DNA of 64,000 nucleotides from Eledone cirrhosa (taxonomy: Eukaryota): assembly GCA_964016885.1 (NCBI GenBank), contig OZ024746.1:39680001-39744000 (forward strand). Direction: 5' to 3'. Every line of letters starts with the position of its first letter. Position 1 is the stretch's first letter. The notes under the pieces are model-generated. The model saw only the letters and a list, made by a program, of their open reading frames with translations, searched no databases and was not told the DNA's origin. The translations under genes were made by a program, and so were the position numbers. Positions 41,401 through 55,912 of this stretch are shown one piece after another.

Positions 41401-41878
41401 CTCCTCCCCTATCCACTGATCCCATACAGTCCCAGCATGCATCTAAGATCCCGTTCCAGTCGTCCCCTAACACTAACGAGCGGGACGTTCCAAGAAAGGT
41501 CTCCAGACGCCGGAAGAAATCAGGCCGCCCTGCTCCTGTCGGGGCGCGACGGCCACTAGCCTGAAAGCTTTCCCGTCTCCGCTGGTCACATCCAGCACCA
41601 CCAACTTACCTTCTGGGTCCAGGAAGATGGCCCGTATGGCGAGATCAAAACCTCTCCGAAAAGGCACAGCAACTACTCCCCCGATCCCGGACGGCTGGGA
41701 GATGCGTACACATCGTAGCCGCCGAAGATCGGTGCGAAGCCCGTGCTTCGGAGATTCTGGTCTCGCTGATGGCCATTACATCTATGTTTAGTGACCTGAG
41801 GTCGTTGAGCAGGTGGCCCTGCTTCCATGACGACCCCAAGCCACGCGCATTTATGCTGCCTATTCTGAGTGAGCTCAT
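38489..41878 (-). pseudogene. LINE-A ORF2 (AP endonuclease, reverse transcriptase, C-terminal zinc finger), multiple frameshifts
   Basis: LRIGSINARGL, YLDRVF, TDHKFV, KSPGLDGL, FRPITLLNT, LDQSKAFDRV, RQGCPLS and LAYADD are spread over several frames. Confidence 0.92.
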
Positions 41879-41914
41879 GTTGAAATGGAGTGGAAAAGAT
41901 GGGAAAGACCACTT

Positions 41915-43723
41915 ACCTTACTTCTCGTAGAGGAAGTCTCCGATGTCTTTAGGGAATTTTTGTTTTAGTGTCGTGTACGTTTTCTGTGTGATGCGAGTGA
42001 TTTGTATGTGTGGAGGTGGTGTGAACTTTTAGGTTGTTGTGTAGTCTTTTTCTGTGATGCTGGTGTTATGTTGGATGTAGTGTAATAATTGGTTGTTGTT
42101 CAAACTTAATGCTGTGTAGTGTGTATCGTTTTGGTTGTTTTGTTTTGTATGCGTTTGTTGTGGGTTTGTTTGTTTCGCTTTTTGGTGACTTTTGTGGTGT
42201 AGGTGATGGTGGTGTTGGGGTTAATGATGGTGATGGTGTTGGTGTTTGTGGTGATGGGGTTGGTAATGCTGGTGTGGATGGTGGCATATCTGTCCTAACT
42301 GTTTTGTTTGATAGTTTATTTGTTTCCCTCTGTATTTTGTTTTTGGAGGGGGAAGGAAGAGAATTTTTTCTTTTTGGGTTTCTTTTTATCTTTTTTCCTG
42401 ATACCGTTTCCCACTCCTCGTCGTCACAATCTGTCTCCAGTTGTGATAGGCCGGGGAGTGGAAAATCCTCCACAGGCGTTGGTTTTGGTTGTGGCGTGGC
42501 GCTGGTGCTAGTTCTGGCGCGTTGGGTGGTGGTGGTGTTGGTTTTGCTACTGTTGCTGGGGTTGTTGCTGTTACAGTTGCTTCTGTTGTTGCTGCTACAG
42601 TTGTTGCTGCCATCTCTGCTGCTGGTGGTGTTGATGGTTGAGTCACTGGGGTGGGTAAGAGAGGTGGCCTCAACCTTTTAGCCTGAGGGCAGAAATCCCT
42701 TAGGTGGGTTCCTTCACCACAAACGACACACCTAGGCCTTCTGCCCTCGACGATTACGGTGAGGTGGCTGCCGTCAGTGAGGTCTATTACCTCTGGGATC
42801 TCCTCAATGCTTTTTTGGTCCGCTTGGATCAGGAGCTCCATCCCAGATCCGGACCTGTTCTCCTACTTTTCTTTCGCTATTTCGATTATCTTGGTGTTGG
42901 CTTCGATGCCGGCGAGGACGGCAGCTATTAGCCAGGGAATTTCAATGGCCGGTGGAACGTAGGTCACCCTGATCTTTACGAGTCTCTGGCCACAATAGCT
43001 TGGGACGAGTGTGAAGTCGTGGAGTGTTCTCTAGCCTCCTGTGGTGTTTCAAAGAACACGTCCACGGTTCCATATTTCTGCCCACGTCTGATGTGGTGTT
43101 TTTTGCCCACACATGTCCCAAAGCTTTTTGGATTTGGGACTCGCATGTCCGTTCCACTCGGCGCGATTTTATATTAATTGTTCGATAAGACACGGTGCAT
43201 AGGCGCCGATGTTCCATTTTATTAGGTGGGGGGTGAGGCTGACCCTGTACCCATCTTTCTTTACCATTTTTTTGGCTTCTTCTAATTCCTTCTGAGTTAC
43301 CTGAAATGCTTCGCACTGTTTTGCTACTCTGGCAAAACTCAGGGTGGTTTTCTTAATGTCATTGTTGCTGTTGTTGTTATCGTTATTTTTGTTATTATTA
43401 ATTTTAGTTTCAGTTGTGGTGGTGGTGGCGTCAGTGGTGTTCGGTGTGGAAGAGTTCATTTCGGTTGAATTCATTTCGATATCACGAGTTAATTTATTTT
43501 TTTCTTTTGATTCTGTTGTTGCTGTGGTGGTTGTGGTGGTGGGGGTGGCGGCTTTAACACCTGCAGTCATTGGTAATGGCGGGAAATGAATGTCTGCCTG
43601 AGACAAATTTAAAATATTGCTACTGCTTATATTTTTAGTGTTGGCAAACGTAGTAATATTTACAATGGTGGTGTCGGTGTGAGGTGTTAGTTTGTGAGGA
43701 AGGAGTGACTTTGAGTCGTCCAT
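41915..43723 (-). pseudogene. LINE-A ORF1 (gag-like), frameshifted
   Basis: ATG at 43723, T/N-rich N-terminus, SFARVA motif, CVVCGEGTHLRDFC (CX2CX4HX4C) knuckle and a P/T-rich linker. The 3' boundary is approximate. Confidence 0.75.
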
Positions 43724-43930
43724 GATTTTTCAAAGAAAAAACTTTTGCTTGATAATTTAAATTTTTGGTTCAAGGCCCCAATCTTTTTTGGGTGTCCTTT
43801 TCAGATAACAATGTATGTGAACTTATATACAGTTAACAATAAAAATTTTCCATAAATGGCAATTTTAAACAACTGAAAATAACAAACCTTTGCGGAGCTC
43901 ACGATGATACGATTTACTACGTAGGTTGCC

Positions 43931-46900
43931 AATAATAATAATAATAATAATGATTTCTTTATTGGCCACAAGGGCTGACATCAAGAAAAACATTACAGAC
44001 GGCACAGGACGGGACAGGACGGTAGGATGTGGGTTTTGTGCGTGTAAATATTTTTATTATTTATATAAGAAAAGAAAAAAAGGACATAGAAACATATATA
44101 TATATAAACAATAAAAATGAAAATTGAAACAATGAAAAATTCCCCAATAGGGGGGAAACCTCCGAGGGTTACTCGTGGCGAAAACCACACAAAAGACCAC
44201 GGCCACCCTGACCACCAGGGCAAGCGCCCTCTCTCAATGTTTCCATTTCTCAAACTACAGACGTATATTCAGAGCGGTCCCGTTCACTCGGACCATTCTC
44301 GCTACATTCACCCACCTTTCAACAAACTTGCTAGAAGGCAGCACTTGCCTCTCCACCCTGATTTTCCTCTTCAAGTGAAACTTGAAAAAGTTAATTAGGG
44401 ATTCGCCGAAGGGGAAAGTGTCTGTCTTTAACCCTTTTAACCTTGTCCACCACACAATCTCTTTCGCCATGGCCACCAGGCAGATGAAAACCGCCTGCCC
44501 TTCCTCCTCGAAGGAAGACGGCGAGACCATCTGCACAATGGACTCAGTCGATAACCGGATCAGTCCTACACGCGACAGCAACTGTTCGACATACCTCCAC
44601 AAGTCAGCAATGCTCCGGCACTGAACGAGTGCGTGCACGACGGTTTCGTCGCTCTGCGCGCATCTCGGACAGGCTCGGCTGATGGCACTTCCGTGCCTGT
44701 AGAGCTTATCTCGAACCGGCAACGCTCCCCGGTAGCACTGCCAGGCCAGGGATTTTTGGAAGTTATCCATAGGCCCTGGGCTGAAAGTTCTCCGGAAGAG
44801 AGTAAACAGCTGATCTTCTTCGACGCCCAGGATCTCTCCGAGAATGTCGTCGCTCTTCCTCTCCACTAGTCCTCTATAGAACGCTGGGGTGGATGTTCCA
44901 CCGATACTGGTGCCCAGCTGGCAGAGGGCAGCGAGCGCCTGGAGACATTCCAGTTTCCAAGCGCTATCCCTCGGTCTTTTTCTGATCCAGGACTGCAGCT
45001 CCGTCAAAGAGACGAGCTGTGGGAAAACGTGCCTGGCGAATGGCGACCACACCTGTTCACCGTCAAGGAACCACCAGAGATGTCGCAGCCTCAGCGCATG
45101 TTTGCGCATCATCAGCCATGCCATGCCTAGTCCTCCACGCAATGGGTGTTGACAGCAGATGGATCGTCTGACCATGGGAGCGCGTCTCTTCCACAAAAAG
45201 CGGAAGATGAGGCGCTCCATTTTGGTGAGAGTTGAGCTGGAGCAAGGGACGACGGTGAGGCGGTAGTAGATGACGGATGCGATATACGCATTCGCCACTT
45301 CCGCCCGGACTTTCAGGGACTGCTTCCTCTCGGCCCATTTCTGGGTGAGGGAGGCCACCCTGCTCGTCACCTCGTTCCAGTTTTTCTCCATCTGGAGATC
45401 CGGTCCGAACCAGACCCCGAGCAATTTAACCGGTCCGTCCGTCCAACGCCCCACGACGCTGTCGGACGGCATGGACTTGCCTCTCCAGGTGCCGAGCTGC
45501 AAGCCCACCGACTTTTCCTGGTTTATCTTTGCTCCTGTCACCGCTTCGTATTCTTTGAGAGCGGTGCCGAGCATCTGGACGTGCCTGGTGCTCGACACCA
45601 TCCTAGTTCGCGTGGGACGCCCCTCATCGCCCCCAGTTTGTGCAGTAACAGCTCGAGAGCCAATATGTACAAGAGGGACGAGAGGGGACAACCCTAGCGG
45701 ACTGAGCGCATGATGCTGACCGGCTGCGACAGGTGACCGTTCACCCTCACAACTGAGCAGATGTCGCTGTACATTGCTGCGATCCAACCCCTGAAAACGG
45801 GCCCGAAACCGGCTGCCTCGAGGACCGCCGCCAGGTACCGATGGTCGACCCTATCGAATGCTTTGGATTGATCCAAGTTGATCAGGGCCCCACCCGTTCC
45901 AGGTTCCTTAACCACCCTCTCTATGATGTATCGCATGAGGTGGAGGTTGTCGTGTATGGATCTGTCCGGAATGGCGTATGTCTGCGCCTCTCCCACCAGA
46001 CCCTTGACGACAAGCGCCAACCTCGTTGCTAACACCTTGGCCAAAATCTTGAACTCTGCGTTTAGCAGGGTTATGGGCCTGAAATTATCGAGAACATCCC
46101 CCTTGTTCGGGTGTTTTCTCAGCAGCGCCACTGCTCCCCGGCTCACAAAACTGGGAATGCTCCCGTTCTGCTGCCAGTTGCAGTAGACGTCCGCCAAGAG
46201 GTCACCGAACAAGTCTGGCATAAATGCATAAAGCTCGTAGGGCAGACCATCCAAACCTGGAGATTTACCCCTTGTGCAGTTAGCCATCCCTTCCCGTATT
46301 TCACAGGCTGTTATTGGCTTTTCGCAACACTGTACTGCGGTCGTCGAGAGCCGAGGCAGTCCGTCGAGGTATGCACTGAAGTCCATGCCCCGATCCAGGC
46401 CGCCGCTGCTCCCGAACAGTTCAGCAAAGTGCTGCTGAAAATCTTCACACATCCGCTCGGGTTCGAGCATCACACACCCGTTTTGGTCAGACAAAGACCG
46501 AATTGTGGCTTTGTTGCCACGTCGCGCCTCTGCCACCCGGGCCCATTGGACGGCTTTTGTCCCCTCGTGTTTCAGAGCACGCGCTCTATCTCTGACAACG
46601 CAGCCTTCGTGTTTTGCGTTGAAGAATTGGTCGAGTGCCAATCTCGCCGCAAGCACGGCGGTTGCGATGCCTGTCCTAAACGCCTCTTCTAGCTTTCTGA
46701 CTAGCTCTCCCTCTACTCTATTTTCCTCTATCACTACTCCTTTGCTAAACCTAATCGACTCTACTTTAATTGCCCTTTTCAGGGCGAACCACCACCTGTT
46801 GTTGACGACTGCTCCCGTCAACGCCCGCTTAACTAATACGCTAATCCGGTCTCTGTAGGCTTTGCGCGCCGGGAAAGACGCGTTCAGCTTCCAGTAACCA

Positions 46901-48384
46901 GGCCCTTGTCTATGAAGTCTGTCTATGTCGATCTCACAGATCACAAATTTGTGGTCTGTGTAGTAGACTATTTTAAATTGTGGACAACTTATACTAGCCT
47001 TATCTAGTTCCCTGCAGAATACCCTATCTAGATACGATCTGGATGACCCGATACGGTTTGTCCATGTCCACATTGGCACATTCGGGTGATCCAGTCGATA
47101 CCTGTCAGACAGTTCAAAACGTCTGAGCAGGTTGGTGAGGCTCTTGCACCCTCTTCCCCTATCCACTATCTCCACACAATCCCAGCGTGCATCCAAGATA
47201 CCGTTCCAGTCGCCCACTAACACTAAAGAGCGGGACGTTCCAAGAAAGGTCTCTAGACGTCTGAAGAAATCTGGCCGTCCTGCCCCTGTTGGGGCGTAGA
47301 CGGCTATTAGCCTGAAAGCATTGCCTTCACTGCCGGTCACGTCCAGCACCACCGACTTACTTTCTGGGTCTAGGAAGATGGCCCGTATGGCGATATCCAA
47401 ACCTCTCCGAAAAAGGACGGCAACCCCTCCCCCCGATCCTGGACGGCTGGGAGATGCGTATACATCGTAGCCGCCGAAGATCGGTGCGAAGGCTTGTGCT
47501 TCGGAGATTCTGGTCTCACTGATGGCCACCACATCTATGTTTAGTGACCTGAGGTCGTTGAGCAGGTGACCCTGCTTCCAAGATGACACCCAGGCCACGT
47601 GCATTTATACTGCCTATTCTGAGTACGGCCATGTTGGATGAGAAACGGGGCAAGTGAGAAAGGGTCACTTAGCTTGATCGTGTGGTGAAGGGACAGTAGA
47701 ACCGTCCCTTTCGCTGGTCATGGGTGATTCCAAGAGGATTTCAGTGTATATCCTCTTGGTAGCCGACCCTCTGAAATCTCCAACTGCGTTGGGGAATTTT
47801 GTTTTAAAGGTTTGTACTGTTCTATTGAGATTTCAATGATGCTTATGTTTGTTGGGAGAGTTCTTGGTGTTGGTGGGGTGTAGTAGTTTTTTTCTGTGAT
47901 GTCTGTGTGCTGCTGCTTTATATATTGTATGAGATCTTTTTTTGCCATGTTTATGGCTGTGTACTTTTTTGGGGGGAGGGGGGATTTTGTTGCTGTTTTC
48001 TTCTTGTTGCTGTTTGGTGTGTGTGTTTTGTTTTGTTTGCGTTGTTGATGTTTTTGGTGATGCTGGTGGTGGTGTGGTTGTTTTTGTCAGTGGTGCTTGT
48101 GGTGGTGATGGTGATGGTGATGGTGTTGCTGCAAGTTTCCTTGCTGCCTTTACCCCTCTTTGTATGCCTTTGCTTTTGGAGGGTGAATCTAAGGGTTTTT
48201 TTGTTTTTTTTTGTTTTTTGCCACTTCACTCCCGCCTCAAATTCCATGTCGGATTCCGTGGCGTCTGGGAGGGGTATGTGCTCCACGGCTGTTGGTGGTG
48301 GTAGTGGAGCCCTCTTCGGTAATTTTGTTGCTGGTGTAGCTACTTCAAATGTAGCTATTGGTGTTGCCGCCACTGATGCTGCTC
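43931..48384 (-). mobile_element. 5'-truncated L1/Tx1-clade LINE (LINE-B), a related subfamily
   Basis: (ATT)n tail at 43931-43951, 3'UTR and ORF2 colinear with LINE-A, and an ORF1 C-terminal remnant at about 47670-48384. A SINE head abuts it at 48385-48451. Confidence 0.9.
44255..47632 (-). pseudogene. LINE-B ORF2 (APE-RT-CCHC), inactivated
   Basis: Starts MAVLRIGSINARGL, has an early frameshift, a TAG at 45694 and a deletion of the YADD segment near 45600. C-terminal CPRCAQSDETVVHALVQC. Confidence 0.92.
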
Positions 48385-49860
48385 AGAATAGCAAGGGCCG
48401 TAACTATATGCGTCAAAGCATGGCGTCCGACCCTCTACCGATACTGCCAATATAATAATGATAATATATCACAAGATCATATCCATATGAAAGCCCTTGA
48501 AGTGTTGTTTTGAGTTGTTTGTAGCTGTTACATACCGGAAGTTGTAAAGTTGTGTCATTACCGTTCAGAACAATACAATGATATTTTTAGAAGTGAAACA
48601 CTAAAACAAAGTATTTAAAAAGAATCTGCTATGTTCTTCAAACGTAATTTCGAACTAGCACATTGTGATAATAATCACAGTTGATAATGTTTTATTCATG
48701 CTTATGCCATTTTACCAACAATAGCCATGTACACAGCTGGAAGTGCTCAGCAATGGTTGCGATTCATGTTTGCAAAAATAGAATAAATTTGAATATATAA
48801 AAGAAATATATGATAAAAGAAAATATAGCAATGAATATTGTAACAATCATGGTTACTTTTACTTAAGCTTTATATACAGAGGTAAACCCCTAGATAGTCA
48901 GAAGCGGAGTAACTTTTTCGGTTATTACGACTAAGTATGTAATGTTGGTGGTAGATTGTGTTCGCTGAATTTAGCTTAATTGTGTATTTATGGAAATTAC
49001 TTTTCGGTATCCTGGACGGAGTGATTTCTGCAGCATATGAGAATCCACCAACTTTTTCCACTTGAAAGAAACCCTCACACTGAAATCATTACGCAAAGCG
49101 CAAAAGTGTAATTGCTATTCGAAAACAATGTCGCAACACTGCATACATTCATTCATATGAAATATTCAACCTCGCTTTCAATAGAAAATGATTATTTCCT
49201 TATTCGGAGAAAACACTATAAGGATAGGATTTTTCAATGAACTAAGTCCATGACATCGTTTTAATTTCAGATAGAAACCACTTTCTTCTATTTATATCAC
49301 AAGGGATTTGAAAAAATTACGAGTGTTACGCAATCTCATTTCCTTCCCTTCAGACAGTTTTTGCAGGAAAAATATATGCCTGTCAAAGTAGAGCACAATA
49401 TGAGGTTCTACGATATATAGAATTAAGGACTTCAATACTCAAAATATAATTTAGTCAAAGGAAATTGTTATAACTCAGTAGAATATAACATGTGCCATTG
49501 AAGATGTGCAAATATGTAAGTTAGCGGTGGAGTTAGACAGATGTGGAACAGTTTTACATATATATAATTTAGGGCGTACACTCAGTTATATACTCACATA
49601 TAGGTGTATATAATTATACAAGAATGAACATACTAAGCAATGACCTTGAAAATATATGAATGCTACTAATTGCCATGTTTTATTTTTGTTTTAAATTCCT
49701 GTTTATGCTTATACCAGAAAACAATTGTAAAATATCAATCAATTTATCTAGGAAGAGTGTAGACCCACAAGATTTCGCAAAAAGTTTATTTTCCTTGCCA
49801 GGCCATATTTATATATCTACTATGTGTAATTTATATACACACACATTCGCGCGCATACAG

Positions 49861-49888
<28 letters not shown>

Positions 49889-49894
<6 letters not shown>

Positions 49895-50419
49895 GAAATG
49901 ACAGGCGGCTGGATTTGTGTAAATCCTTGAAAGGTTTATTATACTATGATCATTTCAATGACCGGGTTCCGTATGAATCCGGTGATATCATCAGGTATTC
50001 GAAATATAATACGTGAATGTAATAGATAAAATCCATGGGGCTGAAAAACGAGGACTCGAGGGCGACCGGCTGAGGTTGAAGGAACAGAATAGCGGTCGCC
50101 CTCGGGTCCTCGATTTTCAGCCCCATGGATTTTATCTATTACATTCACGTATTATATTTCGAATACCTGATGATATCACCGGATTCATACGGAACCCGGT
50201 CATTGAAATGATCATAGTATAATAAACCTTTCAAGGATTTACACAAATCCAGCCTCCTGTCATTTCATTATAATATTTAACTCCGTAATAGCACCACCAA
50301 CTACAAAAACAAAGACGGTTGAACTGCTTTACGTTGAGTACTCTCTATATTATTGCATTACGATTGACCATACGGAATAGACCAGCTCTATGCAGTGGTG
50401 AACCTCAAACCTGAATAAA
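49889..50419. mobile_element. Fold-back HHR element (family F)
   Basis: Palindrome 49889-50272 with arms of about 180 bp (3 mismatches seen) and a 24-nt loop at 50069-50092. A tail at 50273-50419 is on the right arm only, with (TA)n flanks. Confidence 0.9.
50163..50220 (+). ncRNA. Type I minimal hammerhead ribozyme (mirror copy at 49941-49998, minus strand)
   Basis: ATAC-CTGATGA-TATCACCGG...CCGGTCATT-GAAA-TGATCA-TA-GTAT. Predicted cleavage after 50216. Confidence 0.88.
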
Positions 50420-50508
50420 TATATATATATATACATAGTCGCAAACGTGTACAAATATATAAATGTATATATATATTCATACACACATACATACACACAT
50501 TCACATAC

Positions 50509-50539
<31 letters not shown>

Positions 50540-50545
50540 CACACA

Positions 50546-50586
<41 letters not shown>

Positions 50587-51099
50587 TATCATTGTGTATA
50601 AGTGAGTGTTTGTGGTTGCATCGTAGTAGTGTTTGTTTCTTGTGTACGAAAATCACATTACAATAAATTTTTATAAACTATCGATTTTTCAATCAATTAT
50701 AATTTTTTTAAATCAATTACGACAATGTGTTTCGTTGTCGTCTCCTTAAATATCCTTAACAAGAACATCTCTTAAAATAGTGAATTCAAGAGCAGCTAAA
50801 AGCATGTTCTTCTCTGAAGTAACCCCCACCACTCTTGCCATTCTCTTTGTCTTCTTTCGACCTTTTTTTTTATTTGAATTTTTGTTTCTTTAAATGTTCT
50901 TTTCTTTAAATGTTCTTTTCTTTAAATGTTCTTTTCTTATCAAGGTAAACAAAAACGTTTTACTGAAAGCAAATCAACAACTGACAGATGGAAAAGATAT
51001 AATTCTACCAGCAGTGGGTGTTTAGAAACGATTGCAATATAATGGCAATGGAATGAAGCAATGGATGTATAATTATTGGAAATGAAGGAGTTAGAACGA

Positions 51100-51740
<641 letters not shown>

Positions 51741-54309
51741 AAGGATTGAAAGAATTTATGACTAAAGGATTGAATGCATGGACTCAAATTATTACTAAAA
51801 ATAACATTATTGTCTGCGTGGGACACATGATAGGATTTCATTGAGTAAAATAGCATATGTTTATATTCGCGGCCGCGCATGTGCAAATTTTAAATCTTTA
51901 TCGAAATATCAAATTATATTTGAAATACAAATGATTTTTAAAAGTTAGATTAAACAGAAAAGGGGATAGTGGAAGATCGGATGCTAAGACTATATAATTA
52001 AGAAACAGTGAAAAACTATACACGAAGTGTACCTTAAGCAAGTACTTAGAAGTATGCTCCATAAGTGAAACTATGATTGATATATAAAGTGTATCGTATA
52101 AAGTATAAGGGATGAATAGTAGAAAGAGAGAAAGTACTGGAGATCGGGTTGTTGTTATTCTATCAGTATATCAAACCTATTTATTGTAAAACTGACAATG
52201 TGGTAGTACCAATAGTTTACTAAGAATTCCCAACTAAAATGATTACATGAAACTGCTCCCATTATGTCAAATGTCCTAATGACAGTTAAGATGAACAGGG
52301 ACCTTGCTTTTTAAATCAAATCCAGATGATCAAACAAATGGAAGATACTCAACGTGATCGCTCTATTTTCTCGAATTAGAGGTTAAATCTCCCTCAAATC
52401 ATTCTCAAGTGAAGAAGAACACATTGGATAATGTAATGCTGATTATAGACAAAAAAGAGTGGATGATGCTGACTGGAGTATTTTTTATCGTTGTTATATT
52501 CGATTAGACTGGCTTTACATTGCTATAAACAACAACAATAATAAATTATACAGAAATATATTAAATTCATTATTAAAAAAATATTAGGGCGACGGATTGG
52601 CAGAATCATTAGAGCACCGAAGGAAACTATTTGAGGCCTTTCGTTACGGCCCTTTACATTCTGCCATGGTCAACATTGCCTTTCCTCCGTCTAGGATTCA
52701 TGAAGTAAAGTACAGTACATTACTGGCCTTCTGCGAAAATTAGAAATCACTATTAGAAAGCTTATTATAACTAATATTGTGTTCTAATGCTACTTTTATT
52801 GAAAACTTGTACAAAGATTACGGGCCTAACGAGAAAATAAAAATGTGTCGTATCCTATAAAGCTTAGTATATTAAGTCTAAATTGTATTGATTCAATTGG
52901 TAAACCAATTTAGAAGCCATCTATATATGTTTGCAATATTGCATACTATTTTAAAAGACTTCATGAAACAATATTTCCATCTGTAGGATTAGTTAATTTG
53001 GAAGTTTATAGTCTTTTAACATGGAATATATCGTCTGTAGTTGAGACATAATGATATCTCTGCCGCCTCGTTTTCTGGAAATATAATAGAGATAAAATAT
53101 ATTATATTTTTGAAGGATTATATTGAAGCATACTTAATATATAAGATTACTCAGCACTTCGTTTTTACTAAAAAAATACATCAAAACGAACAACCAAACT
53201 TTTATTTAATATATTATATTTCAGTATTTGGAATTTCGATGTTTTTTTTTGTTTCGCAAAGAAAGATATTCTTTTGAAAGCAGTATTAATCTTGGTGTTT
53301 TGAAATAATGAGATTGTTGTCACAATAGAAGGGGGCTATAATTGAATTAACGTGATATCATTGAAATAGTATATGAAATATTGTGTGATAAAATAAAATA
53401 GTGAGATATTACTAATAAAGAGTGACACACAGAAATACTAATCGCTGAAATAAAGTTACAATTCCTACTAAAATGGAATTTGGGAGAAAGTTTTAAGATG
53501 ATGAAACAGATAGACGCCACGATAAAACCAAATACGAACTGAAATGATTTGATAACAATTTTTTTTCTTTTCTTTTCTTCAAACATTTCAGGAATTCTTT
53601 CAAAATATTACAGCGAACCAAGGATAATAACAAATATATTATCTACTGTTAGAACTTCTAATGTTCTCAGTGTTCTAGTGTTGCTACAGCTGGTTGTAGA
53701 TACCAATGTGGTTGTAGACGCCATCACCACTACCTCATCTCTCTTGTTTACAACCTATGATTGTACTGTACCAAGTTATGCACTGACATTTCATTACTTG
53801 AGTTCATGTGCTAGAACATGTGAATGATAATATCTCAATCTCTGACTTGCCGGATAGCGGTGTTGTGTAATGTGTTGGACATTCGTCGGTTTCGACGATG
53901 AGTGTTCCGGTTGTTCAAAAAACAGAAGAACCTGCTCGTGAAATGAACGTACATTCCACAAACCCATGCACCTTTAATGTAGTTCTCGAGGAGATTCGGT
54001 GTTGCACAGGATCTGACAAGGCTGGTCTTTTGAATTACAGGTACAGCTCATTTTTCCAGCTGAGTGGATTAGAGCAACAGCAAATAAAGTGTGTTGCTCA
54101 AGGACATACAGCCCCTCAGAGAGTAGAAGTAACACCAAACGATAGTGAGCCGAACACTCTAATCTCTAAACCACATACCTTCACAGCGGTGTTGGGTATA
54201 AACTCCATTTAACATAAAAAATTACAAGTATGTTCTTCATAAACAGATATTGTGATTATGTAGATCGACAAATACTGGAAGAATAATTTTCACGAAGTTT
54301 ATATACTTA

Positions 54310-54586
<277 letters not shown>

Positions 54587-55801
54587 GTGTTTATATTGTT
54601 TTACTTATCGGTTCAGTAAAAAGGAGATCGATAAAATAAGACAGATTAAAAAAATATGCACTAGGGTCGAAATCTAGGTATTACTCCAGCATGGTCGCAG
54701 TAGCTAAAACCACCAAAAGAATAAAATTATCTGGTCTAAAAAGTGTAGGCGGAAGTAACTTAGTATATATTAAAAGTTTTGTTTTCCAATAGAGATTACT
54801 AACTGACGTCTGTTATAGTGTAGAAATGAAATGATTGGTGCCTAATGTATTGAACAGACAGTCAATGACTATTGATTGATTTTTAATGTATTAGAAAAGA
54901 CTTGTAATATGGAAATACAATAATACTACATTCTTCATTTTAATTAATGGTAAGAAAGAGGAAATACATTCAAGATCGTCTGGGAATGCTAGTTAAAGCA
55001 GACTAGTACTCTATTCAACGTAATGTGTGCAACTTTAACTGTTTAATACATTAATACCGTGACAAAGATAAGACCGTTATGAACTCATTGAAATGTTTTA
55101 TACATTTACACTTATTTTTTAATTATTCTGCAATCTCTTCTGCAAAATTAACACAATTATTCAAGAAAAGAAGACACAACAGAATTATATTATTGTTGAC
55201 AATGTGAAGATGTCGATTGAATGTGTTTCGATTTTGAGCAAAGTTTTATATTGAGAGAGTAGCTTTGATATAAATGCTATTGATAATTCTTCTGACTGAA
55301 TTTCCCAATCATAAGACAACAATAAGTCAATTCAGTGAAGACTACAGTGTATTTCACGTCGAGTGTTATAAAGTAATTAAAATCACGAATATCTAAAATG
55401 GCCGTCAATTGAATCGTATTACAGACATCAGTTTGTATTTGTGAATATCCATCTTATAGTGTTATGTACATCTATATTTGTGATAGCTATGCATCAATAG
55501 TACTATAGATATGATATAGGTTTCATATCATATATAAGTTTCATAAGATAAATCAAATTAAGCAGACAGGCGAGAAAATATGGAAAACAAAATATACAAT
55601 CTTACACATACACCGAAGTACAACATATTCATATACAAAACTAATGATATACAATGATGGAAAAAGAGAAATGGGCTAGCAAACAAAATATATATGGGCA
55701 AATATAGATTAGTTACTTAAAATCAATACCTTAGTGATGAATGTCTCAGAAGTATACAATGACATCTAAAGACTACAAAGCGACGCTGTGTCGTGTATCT
55801 A

Positions 55802-55912
55802 CGAGGGGTGTCGAAAAAGTATCCAACTTCAGACAGAGAAACGCTACGTACTTTTATTTCCTCAACATAGTTCTTACCGGAGGAGGGGGTCGGACACTTT
55901 TTTGACGGACAA
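55802..55912. mobile_element. Degraded mariner-type MITE
   Basis: TA|CGAGGGGTGTCGAAAAAGTATCCAAC...GTCGGACACTTTTTTGACGG imperfect TIRs. Confidence 0.5.

Larger units (their letters stand above)
38221..43925 (-). mobile_element. Apparently full-length L1/Tx1-clade non-LTR retrotransposon (LINE-A), decayed
   Basis: 5'UTR, ORF1 with a zinc knuckle, ORF2 with APE-RT-CCHC, 3'UTR with AATAAA and an (ATT)n tail. Confidence 0.9.

Noticed and set aside
39479-46858. Plus-strand ORFs overlapping the LINEs
   Set aside because: They are antisense shadows of the GC-rich ORF2 sequences.
49939-50222. Two near-identical 69-aa ORFs on opposite strands
   Set aside because: A by-product of the palindrome; both start at GTG and have no recognisable motif.
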